A stretch of DNA of 64,000 bases from Candidatus Latescibacterota bacterium (GTDB lineage: Bacteria; Latescibacterota; UBA2968; UBA8231), in contig CBDCNM010000001.1 of the NCBI GenBank assembly GCA_965219385.1, positions 236,631 to 300,630 of the forward strand. The letters run 5' to 3'. The position numbers and the translations under genes were made by a program. Below the pieces are notes generated by a model. That model searched no databases. It saw nothing but the letters and a program-made list of their open reading frames with translations, and was not told where the DNA came from. Of this stretch, positions 19,922 to 28,965 are shown in pieces. Positions within the stretch are counted from its first letter, which is position 1; the number at the start of each line of letters is the position of its first letter.

Positions 19922-21136
19922 ATGCTGATTCATAGATTGAAGGTCGCCGGCCTCCTGTCGTTCGGACCCGACGGGATCGACTTGCCTATGGAACCGCTGA
20001 ACGTGCTCATCGGCCCGAACGGTTCGGGAAAGTCGAACTTCCTCGAGGCGATTGCCCTGCTCAAGGCGGTCCCCCGAGATGCATTCGAGCCGCTCACACT
20101 CAGAGGTGGCCTTCGAGAGTCGCTATGGAAGGGGCCAGGGCCGCCGAAGTCGATGACCATGGAGGCCATGCTTCACTATCCGTGGGGCGGCGAGTTGCGG
20201 CATTTCTTCTCGCTGGGGGAGGTGAACGGTCGCCCTGAGTTGACAAACGAGCAGGTCCAGCCGGTTGGAGAGTGTGGGGACAAGCGTGCCGCTCTGGCCT
20301 ATTTCCGGCCCCCTCGAGAGGAGCGTACCGAGTCATTTCTGCGTCAGAATTCTCCTGATCCAACCGACCCGAACGCACCAGACAGCCTTTTTATGCACTT
20401 GCTTGAGGACGGTTTCCACTTCAGGAGTGACTTCCTGCCTGACTTCTCGCTGGTATCGGTCGCCAATCCCAACGACTATCCAGCGCTTTGGTATTTGAAC
20501 AGACAGTACGACGCCTTTCGACTTTACCGGGATTGGCCGTTTGGACCTTCGGCGGAGTTGCGGCTGCCGGCGAGCGTGCACGCCCATGCTGACTACCTCG
20601 ATGAGCAAGGGACCAACCTGGCGGCCGTGCTGTCGAACTTTCCTGGAGAGAACAAGAGGCAGCTCATCACAGCATTGCAGAAGCTCTACGACGGAATCGT
20701 CGACATCAAATGCTCGGTGGTCGGCGGTACCGTCACCCTGTTTCTGGAGGAAAGCGGTAACCGTGAGATCCCGGTCACGGGCCTGTCGGACGGCACGCTG
20801 CGCTACCTCTGCCTGCTGGCCATTCTGTTGCATCCCGAGCCTCCGCCGTTGGTGGTCATCGAAGAGCCGGGACTGGGGCTGCACCCGGACCTTTTGCCGA
20901 CGTTGGCCGACCTGCTGCGCTCAGCGTCCCAGCGCAGTCAACTGATCGTGACGACACATTCGGATGTGCTGGTAGATGCGCTGACCGACACCCCGGAGAG
21001 CGTCGTGGTCTGCGAAAAGCACGAGGGACAGACCGAGATGCGACGGCTTGACAAAAACGATCTGGCAAAGTGGCTGAAGGATTACACACTTGGCAACCTC
21101 TGGAGTTCCGGGCAATTGGGGGGGAATCGTTGGTGA
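19922..21136 (+). CDS. ABC/AAA_21-type ATPase (COG4637-like)
   Basis: LIGPNGSGKSNFLEA, signature-like LSDGTLRYL, Walker B IEEPGLGLHP, H-loop VTTHSD. Confidence 0.88.
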   Translation: MLIHRLKVAGLLSFGPDGIDLPMEPLNVLIGPNGSGKSNFLEAIALLKAVPRDAFEPLTLRGGLRESLWKGPGPPKSMTMEAMLHYPWGGELRHFFSLGEVNGRPELTNEQVQPVGECGDKRAALAYFRPPREERTESFLRQNSPDPTDPNAPDSLFMHLLEDGFHFRSDFLPDFSLVSVANPNDYPALWYLNRQYDAFRLYRDWPFGPSAELRLPASVHAHADYLDEQGTNLAAVLSNFPGENKRQLITALQKLYDGIVDIKCSVVGGTVTLFLEESGNREIPVTGLSDGTLRYLCLLAILLHPEPPPLVVIEEPGLGLHPDLLPTLADLLRSASQRSQLIVTTHSDVLVDALTDTPESVVVCEKHEGQTEMRRLDKNDLAKWLKDYTLGNLWSSGQLGGNRW

Positions 21137-21729
21137 CCGCCGTGCTTTACATCGAGGGTGGAGGCGATAATCGCCGGCTTGGTGCACAATTCCGCGAAGG
21201 ATGGAAGAGTTTCTTCACAGCGGCTGGACGCGGTGGCCGCATGCCGAAAGTGGTAAGGGGCGGCTCTCGACAACAGACGTTCAACCGCTTTGCGACGGAT
21301 GTCGCTGGTCCGAGTGCGGGTACCGTTCCGCTCCTCCTCGTGGACAGCGAAGGTCCGGTTGCAGCGAGTCACTCGGTCTGGCAGCATCTGCAGGGACGCG
21401 ACGGCTGGAATAAACCTGCGGAGGCTGGCAACGATCAGGCATTCCTGATGGTCCAGATCATGGAAACCTGGTTCCTGGCCGACCGCCAGGGACTGCGAAG
21501 CTACTTCGGTCCACTCTTTGCTGAGAACGCGCTCAGGCAATGGCCCAAGTTGGAAGACCTGTCCAGGGGGACGGTTCTCGCCTCGCTGGATAGGGCCACC
21601 GCCCAATGCCCAAAGCCGTATGCCAAGGGCAAGGCTTCATTCGAATTGCTGGCGCAAATTGATCCAACTCTCGTCGAAGCCTCGTGTCCGCACGCCAAGG
21701 ATCTCCTGAACCGGCTGAGGGAGTTGTGA
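21133..21729 (+). CDS. DUF4276-family (TOPRIM-like) protein
   Basis: GTG start overlaps the ATPase stop (GTGA); LYIEGGG, LLVDSE, MVQIMETWFLAD motifs. Confidence 0.78.
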   Translation: MTAVLYIEGGGDNRRLGAQFREGWKSFFTAAGRGGRMPKVVRGGSRQQTFNRFATDVAGPSAGTVPLLLVDSEGPVAASHSVWQHLQGRDGWNKPAEAGNDQAFLMVQIMETWFLADRQGLRSYFGPLFAENALRQWPKLEDLSRGTVLASLDRATAQCPKPYAKGKASFELLAQIDPTLVEASCPHAKDLLNRLREL

Positions 21730-21958
21730 TGGGTTCCCGGCTCAATGAAGAACCGGGAGGGTGATTCTAATGTCGGCAGTTAGTGACAAGTGCCGACATT
21801 CAACGTCGTTTTTCGAATGGCTGACGTACTCGGTCTGGAGAGTCATGGGATGGAATGGTGCGGATCCAAGTAGACCGGACGCTGGCCGGAGGATGGGCCC
21901 TGGCAGCATGGATTGAGGCTGGACGATGAGAACTGCGCAATCAAAGGAGGCGAAGTAG

Positions 21959-23347
21959 ATGACGAACCGGTCCGCCGACATTGGGGCGAGCGGCGTCGGA
22001 TCCATTATGGGTGCGGAGCGATACAGGCCCTATCCGGCCTACAAGAACTCCGGCGTCGAGTGGCTGGGGAAAATTCCGGCGCATTGGGAGGAGAAGAGGC
22101 TGAAACATCTTGCAACCGTCAATGACGAGGCGCTCCCTGAGACTACCGACCCAAGTATGGAAATTACCTACGTGGATATTGGGAACGTCGATTCCATTCA
22201 AGGAATCACGGATGTGGAGGAGTTGGTATTTGAGAATGCACCTTCCCGGGCACGCCGCATTGTGCGCCAAGGCGACGTAATAATCTCGACGGTTCGGACT
22301 TACCTAAGAGCGATAGCCCAAATCCAGACGACGGATGCCAACCTTATCGTGTCCACTGGATTCGCGGTAATACGCCCCCGACAAATGGACGACGGATTTG
22401 TCGCCTATGCTGTAAACGCTCCTTATTTTGTTGAACGTGTTGTGGCACATTCCGTGGGGGTGAGCTACCCGGCCATTAACGCGAGCGAACTCGCCTGTTT
22501 GGATATAGCTTTTCCATCTCTTCCCGAACAACGCACCATCGCCGCCTTCCTCGACCGCGAGACGGCCAAAATCGACGCCCTCGTCGCCAAGAAGGAGCGG
22601 CTGATCGAGCTGCTCCAGGAAAAGCGCACCGCCCTCATCAGCGACGCCGTCACCAAGGGCCTCGACCCCGACGTGCCCCTGAAGGACGCCGGCGTCGAGT
22701 GGCTGGGAGAGATTCCGGCGCATTGGGAGATTATGCGGTTGAAGCAAGTGTCTCGGATCCAAGGCGGATTTGCGTTTTCTACTGATTCATTCAGAAACGA
22801 GGGGATTCCAGTAATCCGAATGAATAATATCCGTCGTGGGGTATTGGAGCTAGATAATGTAGTTCGGATACCTGAACATAAATGCAAGGACGAGTTTGCT
22901 CTCAACGAAGGAGACATAATATACGGGTTGTCTGGAAGCATCGGTGCTACCGGCAGCCTTGGAAACTATGCTGTTGTCAGGAAAGGTGATACTCCTGCGC
23001 AACTAAACCAACGCGTTGCACGATTCCGACCCGTAATGGACCGAATCATAGAAAAATTTCTGATTGGATCCCTACAGACAAGTGTTTTCTACGAGCAAGT
23101 TCTTTCATATACGACAGGTACTGCTCAGTTCAACGTAAGCACAAACGACATTGGCAATGTCGTCTTGGCATTACCACCGATTAAGGAACAACGCGCCATC
23201 GCCGCCTTCCTCGACCGCGAAACCACTCCGGTCGATGCCCTCATGGCTAAAGTCCAAGAAGCCATCGACCACCTCAAAGAACTCCGCACCGCCCTCATCT
23301 CAGCAGCAGTGACCGGCAAGATCGATGTGCGGGAGACTACCGAGTGA
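21959..23347 (+). CDS. hsdS: Type I R-M specificity subunit S
   Basis: Twice-repeated (S/A)GVEWLG.IPAHWE and EQR.IAAFLDRET conserved regions flanking two AT-richer TRDs; ALISAAVTGKIDVR end. Confidence 0.95.
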   Translation: MTNRSADIGASGVGSIMGAERYRPYPAYKNSGVEWLGKIPAHWEEKRLKHLATVNDEALPETTDPSMEITYVDIGNVDSIQGITDVEELVFENAPSRARRIVRQGDVIISTVRTYLRAIAQIQTTDANLIVSTGFAVIRPRQMDDGFVAYAVNAPYFVERVVAHSVGVSYPAINASELACLDIAFPSLPEQRTIAAFLDRETAKIDALVAKKERLIELLQEKRTALISDAVTKGLDPDVPLKDAGVEWLGEIPAHWEIMRLKQVSRIQGGFAFSTDSFRNEGIPVIRMNNIRRGVLELDNVVRIPEHKCKDEFALNEGDIIYGLSGSIGATGSLGNYAVVRKGDTPAQLNQRVARFRPVMDRIIEKFLIGSLQTSVFYEQVLSYTTGTAQFNVSTNDIGNVVLALPPIKEQRAIAAFLDRETTPVDALMAKVQEAIDHLKELRTALISAAVTGKIDVRETTE

Positions 23348-23423
23348 ACCGGGGCAAAGTGCAATCAGTACTGCTGCGCTAGACGCGGCAGATAGTTCTT
23401 TCCTTATTCGCCCCTTTCTATTA

Positions 23424-23459
23424 TCTTATTAGCGTATTACAGCATTAACGCTAATAAGA
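23424..23459. promoter_or_regulatory. Perfect 12-bp inverted repeat (candidate operator) upstream of the fic gene
   Basis: TCTTATTAGCGT (23424-23435), 12-nt spacer, ACGCTAATAAGA (23448-23459), in an AT-rich intergenic gap. Confidence 0.55.
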
Positions 23460-23497
23460 GCCATTCTTATTTTCACATCTGAAGACAAGAGCAAATT

Positions 23498-24691
23498 GTG
23501 AATCTTGATATTGACAGGACACGCCACCCCCACGGTCGCTTCATCGACTGCCCGAGCGGCTACCGCGCCTACGTCCCGGCACCCCTACCGCCGCCGATTG
23601 CTTGGGACGGGGAACTCGTCGCCGCACTCTCCCACGCCGACCAGGCAATAGGCCGGCTCGCGGGCGAAGGTCGGCGGCTGCCGAACCCGCATCTCTTCAT
23701 CAGGCCATTCCTGCGCCGGGAAGCCGTGCTCTCCAGCCGCATTGAGGGGACGCAGACAACCCTGGGTGAATTGCTTGCTGCACAGGCCGGGGCAAGGGTC
23801 GAGCGGAGTGCCGCGGATCTGCACGAGGTCGCCAACTACGTCCTCGCGCTGGAGTACGGTATCCGGTGCCTGCACACGCTGCCGCTGTCGCTGCGCCTCA
23901 TTCGCGAACTGCACGAACGGCTGATGCGCGGCGTACGGGGGGACACGGCTACGCCCGGCGAGTTTCGCCGCCGCCAGAACTGGATCGGTCCGCCCGGATG
24001 TGTGCTGAACGACGCCAGCTACATTCCGCCGCCCGATGAACTGCTGGGGTGCCTGGGCGCGTGGGAGCGCTTCCTCCACGACGACACCCTGCCTCCTCTG
24101 GTACACGCCGCCCTCATCCATTCGCAGTTCGAGGCCATCCATCCGTTCCTGGACGGGAATGGACGCGTCGGCCGCCTGCTCATTCCGCTGCTGTTCGTCG
24201 CCCGTGGCGTCCTGCCGGCACCGCTTCTGTACTTGAGCGCTTACTTTGAAGCCACGCGCCGGGAGTACTACGCACGCCTGCTTGCGGTGACTCAAAACGG
24301 GCAGTGGGAGGAGTGGCTGAGGTACTTCCTGCACGGCGTTGCAGACCAGGCCGAGGACGCTATTGGCCGCATCCAACGCATCGACGAATTGTTCCAGCAC
24401 TGGTCGGAGCAACTCGCCGGGGTTCAATCGGGGCAATCAGAGAAGGTGTTGGAGCTGTTTGTCGAAAACCCCTTCTGGACCGTGCGCGAACTTGCGGAAA
24501 CGCTAGCGGTCGCCTATACCACGGCTCGGCGCGCCCTCGACCGGCTGGAATCGGCAGGAATCGTCACGCTGGTTGGGGAGGCGAAGCGCAACCGGGTGTA
24601 TTGCGCACGAGCCGTGCTCGAAGTGCTGGAGGCGCCGTACACCAGACAGGACGACCCTGAGGTTAGAACGACGGCGACAGGTGACCTATGA
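23498..24691 (+). CDS. Fic-family protein with N-terminal Fic_N region and C-terminal HTH
   Basis: Canonical HPFLDGNGRVGR motif, inhibitory-type SSRIEG motif, C-terminal TVRELAETLAVAYTTARRALDRL HTH. Confidence 0.92.
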   Translation: MNLDIDRTRHPHGRFIDCPSGYRAYVPAPLPPPIAWDGELVAALSHADQAIGRLAGEGRRLPNPHLFIRPFLRREAVLSSRIEGTQTTLGELLAAQAGARVERSAADLHEVANYVLALEYGIRCLHTLPLSLRLIRELHERLMRGVRGDTATPGEFRRRQNWIGPPGCVLNDASYIPPPDELLGCLGAWERFLHDDTLPPLVHAALIHSQFEAIHPFLDGNGRVGRLLIPLLFVARGVLPAPLLYLSAYFEATRREYYARLLAVTQNGQWEEWLRYFLHGVADQAEDAIGRIQRIDELFQHWSEQLAGVQSGQSEKVLELFVENPFWTVRELAETLAVAYTTARRALDRLESAGIVTLVGEAKRNRVYCARAVLEVLEAPYTRQDDPEVRTTATGDL

Positions 24692-27600
24692 ATCCCGAGA
24701 TATCCGAACGCGCTTTCGAGGACGCCATCGAGGCGGCTTTACTGCGCCACGGCCCGGATGAGATAGCCGACGTTCCGCCTGTCGTGCGTGAAACCCGGGT
24801 GCCCTACGGCGGCCAGGGGATGCAGCCCGGCGGCTATCTCAAACGCCGCCCCCAGGACTACGACCGAACACTGTGCCTCTTACCCAACGATGTCCTAGAC
24901 TTTGTGCTGGCCACGCAGCCGAAGGAATGGCAGAAACTGTCCCAACACTACGGCTCTCAGGTCAAAGAGCGGTTTCTCAAGCGCGTGTCATCCGAGATCG
25001 AACGCCGCGGCGCGCTCAATGTCCTGCGGACTGGCGTAAAGGACATGGGCTGCACGTTCCGGCTCGCCTATTTCCGCCCGGCGAGTGGACTCAACGAGGA
25101 GACCCGGCGGTTGTACATGGCCAACTTCTTCGCCATTGTCCGCCAAGTCCGCTACAGCACCAAGAACGAAAAAAGCCTCGATCTGGTGCTGTTTCTCAAC
25201 GGCATCCCGATCTTTACCGCTGAACTCAAGAATTCACTCAGCGGCCAGACCGTCGAGGACGCGATCCGCCAATACAAGACCGACCGCGATCCGCGCGAGC
25301 CTCTGTTGGCCTATGGCCGCTGTCTGGCGCATTTCGCCGTTGATCCAAATCTAGTCTACGTCACAACGCACCTCGCCGGACCCAAGACGCGCTTTCTGCC
25401 CTACAACCGGGGTAAATTCGGCGGGGCTGGCAATCCACCCGTGCCGCCCACGCAAACCGGCTATGCTACCGCCTATCTCTGGGAAGAGACCTGGGCGCGC
25501 GACAGCGTGCTCGACCTGGTGCGCCAGTTCATCCACGAAGTCGAAGAAGAAAATGAGACCGGCCGCAAGACCGGAAAGCGATTCCTGATCTTCCCGCGCT
25601 ACCAGCAACTCGATTGCGTGCGTCGGCTCGTTGCTGATGCCCGCGAGACGGGGACGGGACAGCACTATCTCATCCAACACTCGGCCGGGAGCGGCAAGAG
25701 CTTTACCATCGCCTGGCTCGCCCACCAGCTCTCCACCTTGCACGATGCCGATGACCGCCGCGTCTTCGATTCCATCGTGGTCATCACCGATCGCCGCGTG
25801 CTCGACCGCCAACTCCAAAGCACCATACGCCAGTTCGAGCAGACGCTGGGCGTGGTGGAAAACATCGACACCACCTCGCGCCAACTCAAAGACGCCCTCG
25901 AGGCGGGCAAGACGATCATCGTCACCACGCTGCAGAAATTCCCGGTGATCGCCGCAGAAATCGGCGCGCTGCCGGGCAAGCGCTTCGCTCTGATCGTCGA
26001 TGAGGCGCACTCATCGCAGTCGGGAGAGAGCACCAAGAGCCTCAAGGCGGTGCTGGCTCCGGCGTCTCTCGAAGAGGCGGAGAGCGAAGAGGCCGAGGCC
26101 GAGACCCCCGAAGAGGCGCTAGAGAACGCGATCTTGGCCGAGATGGAAAAGCGCGGGCGGTTGCCCAATCTCTCGACCTTTGCCTTCACCGCGACGCCCA
26201 AGCCCAAGACGCTGGAGCTTTTCGGGACCAAGCGCCCCGACGGCTCATTCGCACCGTTTCACCTCTACAGCATGCGCCAAGCAATCGAGGAGGGATTTAT
26301 TCTCGATGTCTTGGGCAACTACACCACCTACACGGCCTATTGGCGGCTGTGGAAGACCGTCGAGGACGATCCGCGCTACGACAAGCGCCAGGCCGCTTTT
26401 CTGCTCAAATCCTTTGTCGAATTGCACCCGCACGCCATCGGCGAGAAGGTGCGCATCATGGTCGAGCACTTTGCCGAGCAGGTGCAAAACCAGATCAACG
26501 GCAGGGCCAAGGCAATGATCGTCAGCCGCTCGCGCCTGCACGCAGTGCGCTACAAGCTGGCGGTGGACGAATATCTTGCCGAGCGGGGATATCCGTTCAA
26601 GGCGCTGGTTGCGTTCTCGGGCACTGTTGACGATGGCGGCCGGTCCTACACTGAGCCAGGTATGAACGGAGTCTCGGAGATGCAGACCGCCAAGACATTC
26701 GAGGGGCCGGACTATCGCTTCCTGATCGTCGCCAACAAGTTCCAGACCGGGTTCGACCAACCGCTGCTCCACACGATGTATGTGGACAAAAAACTCGGTG
26801 GCGTGAACGCAGTGCAGACGCTGTCGCGGCTCAACCGCACACACGCGGAAAAACAAGGCACCATGGTGCTCGACTTCGCCAACGAGTCCGACGAAATCAA
26901 GGCCGCCTTTGAGCCTTATTACGAGACGACGCTGTTGTCGGAAGCGACCGATCCCAACCTGCTCTACGAAATCCAAACCAGCCTCGGCACGTTCCCTGTT
27001 TATGCCCAAACCGACGTGGATGGCTTCGCCGAAGTCTATTTCGACGGCATAGTAACGCAGGAGCGGCTCTACGCCGTGCTCAATCCAGTTGTCGAGCGTT
27101 TCCAGGGGCTACACGAGGACGAGCGACAGGATTTCCGCAGCCAACTCACTGACTACGTGCGGCTCTATGCGTTCCTTGCGCAGATATTGACCTTTGCCGA
27201 TGCCGATCTGGAGAAGCTCTACGTCTTTGCACGGCACTTGCGCCGACTCTTACCCGCCGACCGGGAGGAATTACCGCGCGCAGTGCAACAGAACATCGAC
27301 ATGGAGTCGTATCGGATTCAGGAGACGGGAAGCGGCAAGATCGGTCTTGAGCGCAAGACGGGGACGCTCGATCCCATCGGTACGAAGGACGCGCACGGAC
27401 ATGTACCGGAAGAAATGGAGATGCTTTCGCGGATCATCGCCGAGCTGAACGAGCGCTTTGGGGTCGAACTCGGCCCCGAACATCGCGTCACCCTTAGCCA
27501 GATGATGGAAAGGCTCGCTGGCGACGCCGCGCTCGATGCCTCGGCGCGGGTGAATACGCGCGAAAACGTGCGGTTGACCTTCGACCACAAGGTCGAGCAA

Positions 27601-28218
27601 GTGATCCAGGAGATCGTCGATTCCAACTTTGATCTGTACAAGCGCATAACCGACGATCGCGCCTTTGGAGCGGAGATCAAGAATCTCCTCTTCGACCAAT
27701 ATCTCCGCACCCACCGCAACGCCGAGGAGCTCATCAAACAGGGTGAGTCAAAGACCCTGGAGTTCAAATCAACGCTGCGCTGGAACCTCAAGGAGGACCG
27801 CAGGGATGGTAAGCGTATTACTCGTGCTTCGCTCAAGACAATCGCGGCGTTCTTGAACACGGAGGGCGGGGATCTCCTGCTCGGCGTGGCCGACGACGGT
27901 ACCATCGTTGGTATCGAACGCGACCGGCTCGACAACGATGACAAATTCATGCTCCATCTCGCGCAGGCCGTGCGCAGCGGACTTGGCGACCGCGCCGGGA
28001 CGTGCATCGACCCCAAGATACAGATCGTCGATGGCAAGAGCGTTTGCGTGGTGAGCTGCCAGCGGAGCCCAGAGCCCGTCTTCCTCGCTTGGAAGGGAGT
28101 CGAGGCGGAAGCAGACGGCGACTTTTTTGTGCGCAGCGGTTCGGGAACCGTGAAGCTCTCGCCCGATGGTGCCAAAGAGTATGTCCGAACCAGATTTGAC
28201 CAAGTGCGGCCGCAGTGA
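24688..28218 (+). CDS. hsdR: Type I R-M restriction subunit R with C-terminal Schlafen/AlbA_2 domain
   Basis: DLVLFLNGIPIFTAELKN nuclease, QHSAGSGKS, DEAH, FTATP, KFQTGFDQP, QTLSRLNR; the last about 160 aa read GESKTLEFKSTL...IAAFLNTEGGDLLLGVADDG...FFVRSG. Confidence 0.95.
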   Translation: MNPEISERAFEDAIEAALLRHGPDEIADVPPVVRETRVPYGGQGMQPGGYLKRRPQDYDRTLCLLPNDVLDFVLATQPKEWQKLSQHYGSQVKERFLKRVSSEIERRGALNVLRTGVKDMGCTFRLAYFRPASGLNEETRRLYMANFFAIVRQVRYSTKNEKSLDLVLFLNGIPIFTAELKNSLSGQTVEDAIRQYKTDRDPREPLLAYGRCLAHFAVDPNLVYVTTHLAGPKTRFLPYNRGKFGGAGNPPVPPTQTGYATAYLWEETWARDSVLDLVRQFIHEVEEENETGRKTGKRFLIFPRYQQLDCVRRLVADARETGTGQHYLIQHSAGSGKSFTIAWLAHQLSTLHDADDRRVFDSIVVITDRRVLDRQLQSTIRQFEQTLGVVENIDTTSRQLKDALEAGKTIIVTTLQKFPVIAAEIGALPGKRFALIVDEAHSSQSGESTKSLKAVLAPASLEEAESEEAEAETPEEALENAILAEMEKRGRLPNLSTFAFTATPKPKTLELFGTKRPDGSFAPFHLYSMRQAIEEGFILDVLGNYTTYTAYWRLWKTVEDDPRYDKRQAAFLLKSFVELHPHAIGEKVRIMVEHFAEQVQNQINGRAKAMIVSRSRLHAVRYKLAVDEYLAERGYPFKALVAFSGTVDDGGRSYTEPGMNGVSEMQTAKTFEGPDYRFLIVANKFQTGFDQPLLHTMYVDKKLGGVNAVQTLSRLNRTHAEKQGTMVLDFANESDEIKAAFEPYYETTLLSEATDPNLLYEIQTSLGTFPVYAQTDVDGFAEVYFDGIVTQERLYAVLNPVVERFQGLHEDERQDFRSQLTDYVRLYAFLAQILTFADADLEKLYVFARHLRRLLPADREELPRAVQQNIDMESYRIQETGSGKIGLERKTGTLDPIGTKDAHGHVPEEMEMLSRIIAELNERFGVELGPEHRVTLSQMMERLAGDAALDASARVNTRENVRLTFDHKVEQVIQEIVDSNFDLYKRITDDRAFGAEIKNLLFDQYLRTHRNAEELIKQGESKTLEFKSTLRWNLKEDRRDGKRITRASLKTIAAFLNTEGGDLLLGVADDGTIVGIERDRLDNDDKFMLHLAQAVRSGLGDRAGTCIDPKIQIVDGKSVCVVSCQRSPEPVFLAWKGVEAEADGDFFVRSGSGTVKLSPDGAKEYVRTRFDQVRPQ

Positions 28219-28354
28219 TCCGGTGACAGGATTGGATTGGGCATTTGTTCTGCGCCATAGTCCCCGGTTCGGTGATATTGGGCGCAGTGTTGTTTCCGCC
28301 GGGAAATGAATAGAAGGCTCAAATTTGGGCCGTGTCGTTCCAGAGCAGACTACA

Positions 28355-28916
28355 TAACCAATGGTGCTAGTGGTTTACAAGCTGAACTCAGCCATGGACA
28401 ACTTGATGAATCCGTTTTCATCGGGCTCCAAGCCCTGTCACTGGACCAGCAGGTTGAACGTGGCCACGGCAAAGCTGAGGTGGGCGTTAAAATAGGTCCA
28501 GGCCCGGTGACTCTGGTGCTTGAAACGACTGATCAGGGTCAGCATCGAAAAGACGGTCTCAATGACCATCCGGTCGCCCCAGGTTTTAGGGGGGCAGCAT
28601 TTCAAATTAAGCGGATCGCCTTCCTTGGCGTGAAAGCCGTTGTCGCTCAAGAGGATCATCTCCGCTTCGAGGCGGCGAATCATCGGCTGAAAGACCGAAT
28701 CGTGGACCTTAGCGGGGGCCCAGTCCCAATCGACGATCAGGCCCCATTGGTTGACTAACAAGCACAGCTTGCCGCCGACGATCCAGCGGCGATTGGAGGT
28801 GCCTTTTCGGCCATAAAGTCGGCCGTGGTCATGGGTTCGCTCCTTGGCTGAAAGGGGTGGTAACCTCAGCATAGGAACTACCTGGACCACGGTCAATCGA
28901 CTAGCACCATTGGTTA
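28355..28916 (-). mobile_element. Internally deleted IS982-like element (transposase C-terminal remnant between intact TIRs)
   Basis: Perfect 17-bp TIRs TAACCAATGGTGCTAGT / ACTAGCACCATTGGTTA. The interior encodes GRKG.SN.RWIVGGKLC...LSDNGFH...RMVIETVFSML with a premature TGA. Confidence 0.78.
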
Positions 28917-28965
28917 AGTATATAATCCCCTAAATTTACGGACTCGACAGGAGAGTACCACAACC

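Noticed and set aside
22050..23225. Internal direct repeats and AT-rich segments in hsdS as a shufflon
   Set aside because: This is the normal two-TRD architecture of HsdS; the repeats are direct, and no invertase or spare TRDs are seen.
28306..28758. 150-aa plus-strand ORF
   Set aside because: Antisense shadow of the IS982-like transposase remnant.
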